From contig JAKMXF010000313.1 in NCBI GenBank assembly GCA_024704765.1, forward strand, positions 341,450 through 405,449: a DNA stretch of 64,000 bases, read 5' to 3'. Shown in pieces: positions 24,320-36,757 of the stretch. A program made the translations under genes and the position numbers. The stretch's first letter is position 1. Every line of letters begins with the position of its first letter. The DNA is from Oopsacas minuta. Taxonomy: Eukaryota; Animalia; Porifera. Below the pieces are notes generated by a model that worked only from the letters and a program-made list of their open reading frames with translations, was not told the DNA's origin and did no database searches.

Positions 24320-24780
24320 TACGAGCCTTTGGCTCGTCGCTTCGCGATGAACCCGACGCATTGCGCCTCGAGGTATCAATTATTCTCCAAATTGACGACC
24401 CCTTTGAGTATTATAATATAGATATATTTAAGACAATGTAATTCACAAATATACGTATATGGCATATATATTATTGAATTATTTTGTAAGATCAACCCCT
24501 TCGTAGTCGTTGAGAGCAAGTATCTACATAAAATTTGAGATTTTGCTAATTTGTTTACTTTATATTCATAAAAACAACAATAGATTTACATATCAACGGA
24601 CAAACAAACAAACAATGCCATATACGGACTCAGCATACTTGAGTACCCCGGTATAGCCTTTGAAAGCATGATTCTACCGCAATTTTGAAATGTCTTTACT
24701 TTATATTCATAAAAACAACAATAAATTTACATATGAGAACTTGCAAATGCGAAATTCGGATTCAGCGTACTTAGTTACCC
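24320..24780 (-). repeat. Family A repeat copy
   Basis: Reverse-complement copy of the GC-rich terminal hairpin (24320-24378) plus the CAAA microsatellite and TTCGGATTCAGC core. Confidence 0.7.
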
Positions 24781-25230
24781 TTCTGAGGCTCGCCCCCCCA
24801 GTTTCTTTGAAAAAATGATGCTTAAGGATATTTTAATATTCCAATTTCCTAGTTTACTCAATGTACTGCAAATAAATATTTGGAACATGATTGTAATTCT
24901 TAATACTTCTAACCGATTAAAAAATGTTTATTTATGTATTTGTAATGAATGTAATATGAGCAGCTGGTTATTGGTATGATTTAATAATGTTTATATTATT
25001 CGCAGTCTAGAGTCTAGACCCTCATGTTATATTCTGAATTTCTCCATTATACAAGTCATATTTTTAATAAAGTCATTAAATTCGATATAATACACTTTAC
25101 TATTCACTTTACTATTCATTATAATTTGTGTAGTTAAACGTAAATTGAGTAGTGAGTACAATGGCCCCCCCCCTCACTATTTTGGTCAACCTGACGCCCC
25201 TACCCTTGGCTAGCCGTTTAGAGCAAGCCT

Positions 25231-25438
25231 ACATATGATTAATCCAAAAGTGTGAAAATCGGATTCACCATGTTAGATATATTTAGTGAAGTTTTAGTGA
25301 ATTCTATTTACTTCCTTGATAAACACGATAAATACATAGTTATGCGACAATTTCCTAATTGCATACCGTAAATCCTTTTCTTGACAACGAACAAACAAAC
25401 AAACAAACAAACAACAATTGAGATTTAATAATATAGAT
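25231..25438 (-). repeat. Family A-related repeat copy
   Basis: Near-identical reverse complement of 19575-19775, including (CAAA)n. Confidence 0.8.
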
Positions 25439-25454
25439 TCACCAAGTATGATCC

Positions 25455-25860
25455 TATTTTGTATTCTGAAAACCCACCATATTTAGTTTACTGTGAGGTT
25501 ACAGAGTATAGTATTCAGCGTTTGCATTTCTCTTCTCGAGTTTCAGTCTCTATTATGCCACATGTAAAGTCACTTCCTAATTGGCAACCAAAGCAAGGTA
25601 TTTCTTATCATATTACCGGACTCTTCTGGGAAAAGTAATATCCGAGTGTATGATCTAAACATGGGTAGAAATTATGGAATGCGATTAGTAAATTCCAAAT
25701 TTTAGAAAGAAAATTATTATTTTATTGTTACTCATAATGACTTGATAGAATTTTTTGTATCTATTTTGGTATCATGGATTTGAATTTGTGTATTTTTGTA
25801 TATAAATATCTATATTTCACCAAATATAATTTATTGTTTGTATTTAACTACCAATTTACA
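25455..25860 (+). pseudogene. Diverged second copy of the 23470-23830 relic
   Basis: Colinear blocks shared with 23470-23830: TTTTGTATTCTGA, TTTACTGT, GAGGTTACA, AGCAAGGTATT, GGACTCTTCT, GGTAGAAATT. Confidence 0.5.
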
Positions 25861-27742
25861 GAATTGATATGTCAACACGTGACCATGAAAGACATTAAGA
25901 TATTTGGTGATTATCAAAGTATAGTATGTTTTATTGATCCCCATAATGTTGACTAAATAGTGGGAAATAGTGTAACATGGTGGAATTTGTAAGTGGGCAA
26001 CAGAAACAAGCACTAATGAATAATATCTATTGTTTACATTATTCATAAGTGTCTGATAACGACAAGTTTGTAGGATTATAGATTTATGGTTCAGGAATCA
26101 GAATACTGTAATTTATTTAATTATTATTACTCCATTATTGATATTTAACTCTAAATCTAGGACAGAGGTAGGCCCACAGGATTTGCAATTTGGCAAATTT
26201 CTGGCACTGAATTATGATCCGAAATTGAAATATTTCTTTCCCATATTTATTAGTTATGGTTTTCTATTTGGGTATTCAATATAAGTACACGCATCTCGTT
26301 TTTACGAGCACGGTTAATACGAATAGTTTAAGGATTTAAGAGTACTAATTTGTCATATTATCAGCCCCCTTCGGTCCTTCTTGGTTCAGTCCTGGTCCAT
26401 AAATTTGTAGCAATCTGCAAAGGGGCAATACATTACATTCAATTCTGGCAACTAAATTCTAAGTATATGATCAAGCATGTGATTATTGTATAATTGTTAT
26501 ATAAGAAGTGCCCACCCGCCTGGAGGGCGCCTTTGGTGGAGATGAAGTGTTCGCAAGCCCCATAGCGTAAGTAAACGAAGCGTGCTTGTATATTTGAATA
26601 TTTATTTCGAGGTGACCATGTTATATATAGACTTATAACCTTATAGTATGGGACTCGAAATCATAGTTCAAGTTTGTTCAATTACTTGAGTATATATGCA
26701 AGTATTTTTTTTTACTGAACTGGACATATCTGATTACTCTTCGTTAGTAGTGAAATTTACTTGTCTAATAGTAAAAACTAACCTAGATTGACATAGGAAT
26801 ATGCTAGCGACTGTCAAGTAATTTTAAATAGTTAACTACACAGTGGAACGTGGATATTCCCACACCTGAACTTGAACCAGGATGCTAATCCAATCCATCA
26901 AACTTTGAGCAATCGATATCGACAATCGAGAGATTTATCAATATTTCATTGATAATAACATTAACGTTCCTCGATATTTTTCAATATTTATCCAATTCCA
27001 TTTTGAATTCTTATCTTCGTACACTAGCTTATCTGTGAATTAATCTCCAGAAACAGTACATACCAATAGCAGGCACAATTGAATTGGCCAAGTTTTACAA
27101 TTCCATATCAGCAAATAGTTACAAATTAGAAATTACAACATGCGCATGATAAGGTAATATACATATGTGTGTTAATTAAACAATTCTCATCGAAAATGAA
27201 AAAATATCGATGAAAATTCGTCGATAAATATCCAATAGAGCTCCCAACTCTGGAGTGGTATCATTTAATCCTCTCTTCCTAAATTGTAAATTGTAAAACA
27301 CAGTAGAGTGGGTAGACTTCTGAATTTTAATATGTTCTAGGAATTGTTTGCATTACATAATTATGTCGACTGTTTTTGCCTGCAATTTGAAAAGCATTAA
27401 GAGTGGAACATGTGTTACTCAATATTCCGATATGGCTATGACGCTTCTAGTATGGAGGGCTGAAGAAGCAACATGGAAGATCTCCATAACTCAATTCCTC
27501 ACCGAAACGATAGGACACTTTTCGTTGTTTACGATGACCACTGAAGAAAAGAAGTTGTGTTATATTGCACCGAAGATTTGCTGACAAGACTAATATGTAG
27601 TACATAAAATAATGATGCTGTCAAACCTGCTCTGAATGCTGTGCCAGAGCCTGGACAATGAAGTTTGTGCCCCATGGTATTTAAGAAATGACCATACTGT
27701 TAGGTAGCAATGAAATACTAAAGATATCATTCGAGAGTGGAA

Positions 27743-28046
27743 CTGTCACGCTATATTTGGTCCGCCGCCATAAATGGTAGAACCTCTATAAGTGGGGGGA
27801 GGTCGGGCCGGTGAATCTGCCGATATACCCCCTCCCCATCCCAATTTATAATTCCATTTCAATTACCCTTTAACCAGAGATTTGTTAGTAAATATGTGTA
27901 GCCAGTTCCTCCAACGACTGTTTTCAATGATATTTGATTATTCTTAGATGCCCTAAGGTTATTTGTTGAATTCTGAGGGACCATCCATGCTACTATATAT
28001 GGTCAGGCCGGACCGACTTTGAAGGGGACCAAATATGGCATGACAG
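27743..28046. mobile_element. Non-autonomous TIR element, superfamily unassigned
   Basis: 21-bp TIR CTGTCACGCTATATTTGGTCC / GGACCAAATATGGCATGACAG (19/21); no clear TSD; related end near 41850. Confidence 0.65.
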
Positions 28047-28611
28047 ATTCACTGCTACTTACTGTGTGTGATACTGATTGGGCAGCATGTTGGTATTGTA
28101 TGTGATTTACGCTGTGTTTTATCTCGACATAAGAAGGCCTACCCCTTATCGTATGATACTTTCAAATTATCCAGGGTAGTGTAATTGTAGTGCATAGTCC
28201 TATTTCTCCAGGCGTGGCTCTTAGGCCGACCATTGGATGCTTATAAGTATAATGCTGATCTCCCGCCTCATGAACAGATGGCCATAAGTTGTCCCGAGGT
28301 GCAGCACGCTTCTCTCACATGAGGGGGACAGATTTATTATGTTAACCTGTGGTGTAATTTTTTAGCAATACATTGCGGGATGTAGCAAAATTGCATTAGA
28401 CTGAAAATCGGGACAATTAAGGTTTTAATACATGTTCGAAAAAGCGGGACTGTTGGAAAGTAGGCATGCTTTAAATACTCCACTCTCAGTTTGTTTTGTA
28501 GTTTTGTAATTTGGTGCACTTCTTGTTACTTAAAGTTTACCCTCCATGTTAACGCAATTATTGAACAACTAACAATGTATTATTAATCAATTGTTCTAGT
28601 AATTTTGTGAA

Positions 28612-31491
28612 ATGATAAACAGGTCTCTCATTACTTCTTTCTTCAATTCTCCTCACAATAATGTAGACCCTCTTCAGCTGTCAGCTGTTAACACATCACC
28701 CATCCTCCTATCACCAGACTCACTGGAGAGTTTAGACGCTTTATCATTGCAGGGCGATCCTACTTTTGAGAATAAAGATTCCTCTCAACGCAAACACAAA
28801 TCTTACCTACCTGAGAACATTTCAATCTTATCAGATCCAACTTTATTGGAGGAAGACAGATCTATAGTTATATTAGAGGATAATTCTGTTATTAATGAAG
28901 AATTATTACCTGTACACATACAAACTAATTCAAACAAACAATCTACTCTGTCTGCTCTCTTCCACACTCCTACTCTACCTGATACAGCTGTAGAGAATCT
29001 TCCTGATAAGAGAGAGAAGAGAAAAGCAGCTGTCAAGGCTAGTCAGCAAATGACGGAGTTATTAACTCATTCTAAGACAACTAAGCTAGCAACAGATGTG
29101 GAAGATGGGAATGTTATAGCCTCTATCTTTCTCAGCATTGCGGAGAAGAGAAGACTGAGACAAGAACGTTCTGAAGAAGAGAGAAGATTAGAAAGAGAAC
29201 AGAAAAGAGAACAAGAAATTGAAAAAGCAAAATATGAAGCATTCTTAAAATTCGCTACAGAGCCTATTATACCAGCTGGTCCTATTGAACATGCTAATAA
29301 CTCACAAACAAAACACACTCCTGATTACACACATATCTATTTATGGAATACTTTGCAACATGTTACACAGTTATCTCAGGATAGAACTTACAACACAAGC
29401 TTCAAACCTCTTCAATATGTTAATGTAGAGATTTGTTCTCTAATCGAAATAGAAAATAATAACTATAATTTCTTGAGTGATGAGACTGTGGTTGAGGATT
29501 CTAGAACTCTCGATTTAGATACGGTACAAGTATTAACTTCAGGAAGAGAGCAAGAGAGTATGATGTTAGAATTAGTAGAAATATTTCCTTATCTCCCTGT
29601 TAAGGAGTTATATACGTATTATTACTCTCTAACTTATCCGAATGATGTTAAGACAGATGTTTTATCTACTCAGGGACTGAATACTGATAGTAAGAAGCGT
29701 ACCCGACAGATGGAGACAGACAACCCCATCGCTTTTAAATCTAAACGTAGGAGAAACCAGTTATCTCCTTCAAACCAGTCTCAATCAAAAGATTGTCTTA
29801 TAGTTGATTGTATAACTAAATATGATACAAATACAGGTACTGAAGAAACAGTACAATGGAGTGATAAGTACCTCCCTGTTACCATTAGCCTACTTGTATC
29901 CGATACTAATTCTGTCAGTAAAATGAAAGAGTTCTTAAAAGAATGGCAGAAAGTAGAAAAAGAAGATTCTTCTGAGAATAGCAGAGATTCTTCTGATGCA
30001 AAATCGAAGCCAGAAATGACAGATTCTAGTGATGATGACTTTGAAGTTTTCCTGAAAAGACACCGTGTGTTGGATGAAGATACTCAAGGAAGTACCAGCA
30101 GTTCAGAGCATGCATTAACAAGTACCATGCTGCTCACGGGTGGCGTGTCAGCTGGAAAAACTTCTTCTGTCTATGTTATTGCACAAGAGTTTGGTATGAA
30201 AGTAATGGAAATAAATTCTAGTATGAATCGTTCCGGTAGAGATCTACAGCTCTGTTTGTCTGAAGCTACACAGTCTTTCAGAGTTACGTCAAATATGAAA
30301 AATACACCTTATAAAAAAATACATTTGAATGAAAATGAGAATCCTTTAACCTCTTACTCTAGTCACTTTACTAAAAATAGTCTAAAAGTTCAGAAAACTG
30401 ATTTTCTGGCGAAACCTTCTAAAGAATGTGCACCTGCTAATCCTGTTTTGACATTGACGGATGACACCGTTATCCTTTTAGACGAGGTGGACTTACTCTT
30501 CGAATCAGAGAAGGGATTCTGGCCTGCATTCCAACATATCGCTAGGGAAACTAAGTTACCGATATTCCTAACAGCTAATGAAGCAGATGATTATGAGAGA
30601 GTCCCTGATATCTTTACAAATCATACATGCTTTCAACCCATTCCTGTTACTAAGCTATCGCTTATAATCATTCTCTTATTCTTAGTTCATAAAATTAAAA
30701 TTCCTGTAACCCTATCAACCGATATTGCAATTTGTTTCTGGCCTGATCTCAGAAAGATCTTACATGTTCTTCAGTTCTGGCTCACTCCTAATACACAGTT
30801 TACTGAACTCAAGAAAATAGTTCAAAACATAAGTTTATTTCTCTCATCTTTTATTATCAGAAATGAATCGTTTGTATTTAACACAAATTCGTTACTTTCC
30901 TCACATACTTGTTATAATATAAACGCTACTCTCAGGAGTGAAATTACACATATTAAGAAGTCTAAACTTTATCTCTTACATCAGCAATATAGAGTTAGAA
31001 GTGTATTCTCTTCTTTGGAAATATATCAAGCTAAACTAATGTCAACTCAATCTCAATTTCCTCTAAAGACTATTACGTTAGGAGATGGATTCTCTCCCGA
31101 AATACTCCATATTCATAATCCTGAGTTTAATAAGTTTATGTGTGAGAATACCATACTTACAGAATGCTATAATGCGAACAAGTTAGTTATTTCTCAGTAC
31201 AATTTAGCTGAAGATTATTTAGAGAATTTAGCTAACGAGAAGAGACAATTCGATAAGAATAGAATCTGGGAAAATAACCTACAAGAAATAAGTGAGAATA
31301 TTCTTACAGACAGAAGTGGATTCCTTACACGTGAATTCGGACAACATTACCTGCCATATCTCAAGATAATATGTATGTCAGAAGAAGAGAGACAACTGAA
31401 TACAAGGAGAAGACAATTCAAACAATACTTATCTCCCACTCTCACTTCAAATCTGATTGATTTGTTAACAAATTCAGAATTAGTAAATTAG
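28612..31491 (+). CDS. ATAD5: ATAD5/Elg1 RFC-like clamp unloader large subunit, single exon
   Basis: Walker A LLTGGVSAGKT, MEINSSMNRSGRDL...EATQS, Walker B ILLDEVDLLFESEKGFW, and C-terminal RRRQFKQYL. Confidence 0.88.
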   Translation: MINRSLITSFFNSPHNNVDPLQLSAVNTSPILLSPDSLESLDALSLQGDPTFENKDSSQRKHKSYLPENISILSDPTLLEEDRSIVILEDNSVINEELLPVHIQTNSNKQSTLSALFHTPTLPDTAVENLPDKREKRKAAVKASQQMTELLTHSKTTKLATDVEDGNVIASIFLSIAEKRRLRQERSEEERRLEREQKREQEIEKAKYEAFLKFATEPIIPAGPIEHANNSQTKHTPDYTHIYLWNTLQHVTQLSQDRTYNTSFKPLQYVNVEICSLIEIENNNYNFLSDETVVEDSRTLDLDTVQVLTSGREQESMMLELVEIFPYLPVKELYTYYYSLTYPNDVKTDVLSTQGLNTDSKKRTRQMETDNPIAFKSKRRRNQLSPSNQSQSKDCLIVDCITKYDTNTGTEETVQWSDKYLPVTISLLVSDTNSVSKMKEFLKEWQKVEKEDSSENSRDSSDAKSKPEMTDSSDDDFEVFLKRHRVLDEDTQGSTSSSEHALTSTMLLTGGVSAGKTSSVYVIAQEFGMKVMEINSSMNRSGRDLQLCLSEATQSFRVTSNMKNTPYKKIHLNENENPLTSYSSHFTKNSLKVQKTDFLAKPSKECAPANPVLTLTDDTVILLDEVDLLFESEKGFWPAFQHIARETKLPIFLTANEADDYERVPDIFTNHTCFQPIPVTKLSLIIILLFLVHKIKIPVTLSTDIAICFWPDLRKILHVLQFWLTPNTQFTELKKIVQNISLFLSSFIIRNESFVFNTNSLLSSHTCYNINATLRSEITHIKKSKLYLLHQQYRVRSVFSSLEIYQAKLMSTQSQFPLKTITLGDGFSPEILHIHNPEFNKFMCENTILTECYNANKLVISQYNLAEDYLENLANEKRQFDKNRIWENNLQEISENILTDRSGFLTREFGQHYLPYLKIICMSEEERQLNTRRRQFKQYLSPTLTSNLIDLLTNSELVN

Positions 31492-32826
31492 GCATTTTCC
31501 TGTTGCGTTATTTATAAATGGATTGTAATTCAATTTTTGGCAGCCTTTCATTGTATCTGTAAACTGTAATGTAGAAATTGAGTTTATCAAGTTTTTAGTA
31601 AATTCAATTACAAATACAAGCTACATATAACTACTAATTGTTGATTGAATATGTGCAGGCATATACCTCCGTCAATATACTGAAAGCTCAATCGATATAA
31701 TTATTTGATTTTCATGATAAAAGTTGCCATAACTTCTTCAGTATTGATTTATTCAGTCAGAATTTCTTAGAACCAATAAATTATTTGTTCTTTATATGTT
31801 CAATTATACTCTGTCGCAATGGATATGCAGTAATTAATTCATTTACACTTTTGTAGTTTAGAAGATTATCTATTATACTCGTATCCACGTGCCACTAATG
31901 ATAACCACCACTTTATGTTAGTGCCATAAATGGCTTGAAGAAAAAACTTACTAAGCCACTCTGAAACACCGTACGCTATATTATCCATTCAGTACAAACA
32001 CGAATAAGAACGTTGATGTTGCTTAAGAATCCAATTACTGATTCCAGCTAGGTTCAGGATAGCAAATGTAGTGTTTGATAAAATAATATTAATTCTGTGG
32101 ACAAAATTATTTAGGATTTCTAATTACGTAATTACTCTTCAAAATCTTTGCTGAATTAGTCCAAACATAACTATGATCCAAAGGATTGTTACCCGAGCTA
32201 GCGCTAGCATAGGAAAATGCTCTGTTCATACAAACTTCAGTATTTGTATTATTACATCGTGAATAATAGAATTGCATAATACGAACCCTCTTAATCATAC
32301 TAATACGTTTATAAATTATTCAATTTCCTTTACAATTTACTACTTTACTTTCTCCCACACACAATTCATGCCAGACTGTAACTATTTCTACCAATTAACT
32401 ATTCACATGCGGTATACTCATTAGTGGTCACTAACCCACAATCGTGGTTATATATTGTATAATTTGCTTGACAATAGTTGTTGTGAACGGACATTAGTCT
32501 GTTGCTTCTCAAATTGTACTCTTTTCATTTTATAAAATACATAATTATCGATTTGGCCATGATTATGACTTCTATTTATTTATTACTCCAGAGCGGTAGT
32601 AACAAACTTGTAGCGGATTAGTATCAGCGTCCACTAAATACTTTATACATGATTCCTTGCTAGTTCAGAAACCTCAATAGAATAAACCTGTACAGACAAT
32701 TACAAACTAATTGTACTGTGACTAGTTTCTTCTGTTGAAAGTATAAGAGACTTGTACAGGCATATATATCAGGTAGGTTTTACAAGATAATTATTATTAT
32801 ACTAAATCTGCTTAGTGCTAGCATAT

Positions 32827-34074
32827 ATGAGCCAGGCGAACAAAGTTTCTTTAAACACACTTCTGGCCAGTGAGCCAAGCAGAGACTCTCTGAAGCCCTC
32901 AGAAGTTGACATGAATCATTCGTCCAACGCCCCGAATTACAAGGTGGGTAAGAAGATTGGAAGTGGAAATTTCGGTGAATTACGGCTGGGACAGAACTTA
33001 CAAACGAACGAGCACACAGCAATAAAGTTGGAGTCTGCTAGATGTCGGACACCCCAGCTCTACCTGGAGAATAGATTCTACAGATGTCTAGGCAGTGGGG
33101 AAGGAATCCCTCGCATACATTACTATGGACCGTGCGGTCGTTATAATGCACTAGTACTGGAGCTACTGGGTCCAAGCTTAGAGGATTTATTTGAAATTTG
33201 TGGAAGAAAGTTCTCAGTAAAGACAGTAGTACTAATTGCTCTACAACTAATTGAACGCGTTCAGTTTGTACATAATAAATCTCTGATTTTTCGAGATATC
33301 AAACCGGAAAACTTTCTAATTGGGCGTCCTTATACTACTAAGGCTCGCACACTTTATATAATAGACTTTGGCTTAGCAAAAGAGTATCGAGATAATGTTA
33401 CTGAGAAACACATTCCATATAGAGAGAATAAGAGTTTGACTGGTACTGCTCGCTACATGAGCACTAACACACATCTGGGAAGAGAGCAAAGTCGTAGAGA
33501 CGATCTAGAAGCTTTAGGTCATATGTTTATGTATTTTCTACGCGGAAGTTTGCCATGGCAAGGTTTGAAGGCTGACACATTGAGGGAGAGATACCAAAAG
33601 ATAGGAGAGACTAAGAGGAGTACACCCATTGAGCTCCTCTGTGAGAACCATCCCGAGGAGTTTGCTAAATACCTCGATTATGTACGTAAACTGGACTTCT
33701 ATCAAGAGCCTGATTATGAATATCTCAAGTCAATGTTCCTGGGACTATATAAGAAGCGAAAATATGAGTTTGATAGCAAATTTGATTGGTCGGGGAGAGA
33801 ACATCTCACTCCTATCGGTAAAATAATTTCTGAACTTTCAACAAAACCTCTACCTACCCCTGAACATCCTACCCCGCCCAAATCTCTCCCAGATTCAGAG
33901 ATTCATCCTAACCCAACCAACACAACTAAATTACATGAAGTATTACATGACACACCATCTGCTATACCTAAAGTTAGACCAAACGTGCCAACTGCTTCTC
34001 CAGGAATTGTGGAGACTAGAAGATGTTGTGGCTGTTTCTTCTCAAAGAAAAAGGTACGGTCTCCCAATGAATGA
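32827..34074 (+). CDS. CSNK1G: Casein kinase I gamma, single exon
   Basis: [62 protein letters not shown]; C-terminal RRCCGC palmitoylation-type motif of CK1 gamma. Confidence 0.95.
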   Translation: MSQANKVSLNTLLASEPSRDSLKPSEVDMNHSSNAPNYKVGKKIGSGNFGELRLGQNLQTNEHTAIKLESARCRTPQLYLENRFYRCLGSGEGIPRIHYYGPCGRYNALVLELLGPSLEDLFEICGRKFSVKTVVLIALQLIERVQFVHNKSLIFRDIKPENFLIGRPYTTKARTLYIIDFGLAKEYRDNVTEKHIPYRENKSLTGTARYMSTNTHLGREQSRRDDLEALGHMFMYFLRGSLPWQGLKADTLRERYQKIGETKRSTPIELLCENHPEEFAKYLDYVRKLDFYQEPDYEYLKSMFLGLYKKRKYEFDSKFDWSGREHLTPIGKIISELSTKPLPTPEHPTPPKSLPDSEIHPNPTNTTKLHEVLHDTPSAIPKVRPNVPTASPGIVETRRCCGCFFSKKKVRSPNE

Positions 34075-34771
34075 CACAACACATACACACACTAATTACA
34101 ATGTATTCATTGTACAGATGCCTGTTTATATGACAAATTTTTATTGGTATTAGTAAATCGATCAGTAACAGGTTACTGTACTCATTAATGAACTTCTCGT
34201 TCTATTGATATAATGTAACGCACTAGATGTTTTTATTTTGTCCTTTTGATAGCACGTTCTTCTTTTGAAGCACTTGTTTTTAGTATGACAAGGTACACAA
34301 GTCCTACTGTACATTATCCACTCAAACTCTATCTGAATGAATTGCTATTCTTTATTCATATACGTAATCTATTTTATCTTGTAAATGATTCAAGCACTAG
34401 TTAACTGATGGATTGTCTTACAATTACAATATTGCTCCAAGTAGAATTGGGCTTATACCATATACCCAAATCTCCTAATAAATATTTAACAAATCTATAT
34501 TTATTTAAATTGATACAGCTAGAATATTCTTGGGTTATCTAAATTATTTAAAATATTCAATAGCCTCTGAAGCTGAATTATTTCATAGGGAATTCACTTG
34601 GATTCAATATTTGTATGTTAAATAATAATTTCAAAATATTACATATATTTCCCTTCCTACCAGTCACGCGATATAAATAAGGAGAAATTATTGTGAGATA
34701 ATTATTTGGCTGATAATTCTGTGAATTATTAAATTATACCAATTCAATTATTGCAGTAGATACAGAGTTCA

Positions 34772-35788
34772 ATGGCTTCAGAGACCTTAGCCAAACTGGA
34801 GAGCATGAATACTGACACGATGACGGTTGCTAGGTTCGTGTTAGAGGAGCAGAAGGCTAATCCGCATGCCACGGGCTCATTCACCATTCTACTACAGTCT
34901 ATCTTGACTGCTATAAAGGCAGTCTCTCAAGCTGTCAGGAGAGCAGGCTTCGCACAACTACACGGTAAAGTGGGTGTAACTAATGTACAGGGAGAAGAGG
35001 TAGCAAAGCTTGATGTACTCGCTAATGATATGTTTGTAAATATGCTGAAGTCTAGTTTCGAGGTAGGATTGATGATATCAGAAGAAGATGAATCTGTAAT
35101 TGAAGTAGACCTGAAGCATCAGGGACGGTACATTGTGTGTTTTGATCCTCTGGACGGGTCAAGTAATATAGACTGCCTTGTGTCTATTGGTTCTATTTTT
35201 AGTATATTTAAGCGGGAAACAGCTGATCCTGTCAATCAGAACGAAGTTCTGAAGCCAGGTAGCACTATGATAGCTGCTGGCTACGCTCTGTATGGGAATG
35301 CTACAATGGTAGTTCTGACTAGCGGGAATGGAGTAAATGGGTTTACTCTAGACCCTTCCATAGGTGAATTTATTCTTACTAACCCTAATATACAAATTAA
35401 ACCGAAAGGAAAGATATTCTCAATCAATGAGGGATATGCTGCTTTCTGGGAAGAATCTGTAACTAAGTATATTCATAAATGTAAGTTTCCTGAGAGCGGG
35501 AGCCCTATGAATGCTAGATATGTGGGATCCATGGTTGCAGACGTGCATCGTACTCTCGTGTACGGTGGCATATTCTTGTACCCAGCCAACAAGAAGAGTC
35601 CCAAAGGGAAACTCCGTTATTTATACGAAGCTGCTCCTATGGCCTTTATAATAGAACAGGCAGGTGGTAAGGCTACGACTGGTAAGAAGAGGATATTAGA
35701 TGTAGTACCGGAGAATATTCATGACAGAGTCCCTGTGGTGTTGGGGTCTACTCAGGATGTGGATGAGTATCTTTCTTTCTGTGTGTAG
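34772..35788 (+). CDS. FBP1: Fructose-1,6-bisphosphatase class I, single exon
   Basis: FDPLDGSSNIDCLVSIGSIF, RYVGSMVADVHRTL and GKLRYLYEAAP; 338 aa. Confidence 0.97.
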   Translation: MASETLAKLESMNTDTMTVARFVLEEQKANPHATGSFTILLQSILTAIKAVSQAVRRAGFAQLHGKVGVTNVQGEEVAKLDVLANDMFVNMLKSSFEVGLMISEEDESVIEVDLKHQGRYIVCFDPLDGSSNIDCLVSIGSIFSIFKRETADPVNQNEVLKPGSTMIAAGYALYGNATMVVLTSGNGVNGFTLDPSIGEFILTNPNIQIKPKGKIFSINEGYAAFWEESVTKYIHKCKFPESGSPMNARYVGSMVADVHRTLVYGGIFLYPANKKSPKGKLRYLYEAAPMAFIIEQAGGKATTGKKRILDVVPENIHDRVPVVLGSTQDVDEYLSFCV

Positions 35789-36057
35789 AACTACCACCTA
35801 TCTATCTATATAGAGTTTGTTTTATCTCGAGATTTGTTTGAAATTCCAGGTTGTTAGTTATCCTATTTATTCAATTATTAGTATATAATTATATAATTAT
35901 TACTACCATAGGATTCTATACTTTAATGCAATGGTACTGATTGAGGACTTGGACTAGGGATACGTCAAGCCAGTGCTAAGGAATTCTATTAGTTACGAAA
36001 AATTTGAAACGTTACATTTTGGTCCGAATAAATGTATTATTGATATTTGACATGACG

Positions 36058-36757
36058 CGCAGTCTACATCTACAAACTATTTTCAGGCCAAAATGACGTC
36101 ATTTGATTACTTAGCGAATATGTCAGAAAAATGTTCCAGTTTTGAAAATCTGTAGGGAGTAATTAATACAATTACGGCTTCAAGATTTATACCTGGGGTA
36201 TCCATAAATCCCATGGTTTAAATCTTCACGGATGTCCTATTTTTGGCAATATTCACCAATAACTTGACAACCTCCAATGCTATGGCAAAATCATCAACAC
36301 AGATATGTAGTATATACTCGAATTCCCATACCCTGATAATCATTTGATATGATGTCTCTGATGGTTATGAAGCAATCTTGAAAATGACCATATATGGCAT
36401 TATTGATGACTACAATATTCTTTCGAGATATCATATCAAAATGTATTATCAGGGTATGGGAAGTTGAGTATATACTACATTTCTGTTTGATGATTTGGCC
36501 ATAGCATTGGAAGTTGTCAAGTTATTGGTGAATATTGGCAAGAATATGCCATCCATGGTCACTACTATAACTCTAGAACGCGGGAACTTTATCATGGCAA
36601 ATCTTGATATTTTGTACAGTAACATCCGGATATCCCATGGCATAAATCTTAAAAACTTAAATGTATAAATTTACTCTCTACAAAGTTTCAAAACTGTAAC
36701 ATTTTTCTGACATATTTGCTAATTAAGAGATCAAATGACTTAATTGTGTAGACTGCG
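36058..36757. mobile_element. About 700-bp fold-back (long-TIR) element
   Basis: Outer 11-mers CGCAGTCTACA / TGTAGACTGCG. 36095-36160 pairs with 36670-36740, and 36241-36340 pairs with 36426-36540. Confidence 0.8.

Noticed and set aside
26505-26590. GC-rich island that might be an ncRNA
   Set aside because: No recognisable tRNA, snRNA or SRP motifs by eye; it would need an Infernal/Rfam search.
27380-27720. Possible MULE fragment (RTLFVVYDD...VVLYCTEDLL)
   Set aside because: One weak motif among several stops; too little to call.
31560-32330. Coding-like minus-strand stretch between ATAD5 and CK1 gamma
   Set aside because: Multiple stops and no recognisable family motif.
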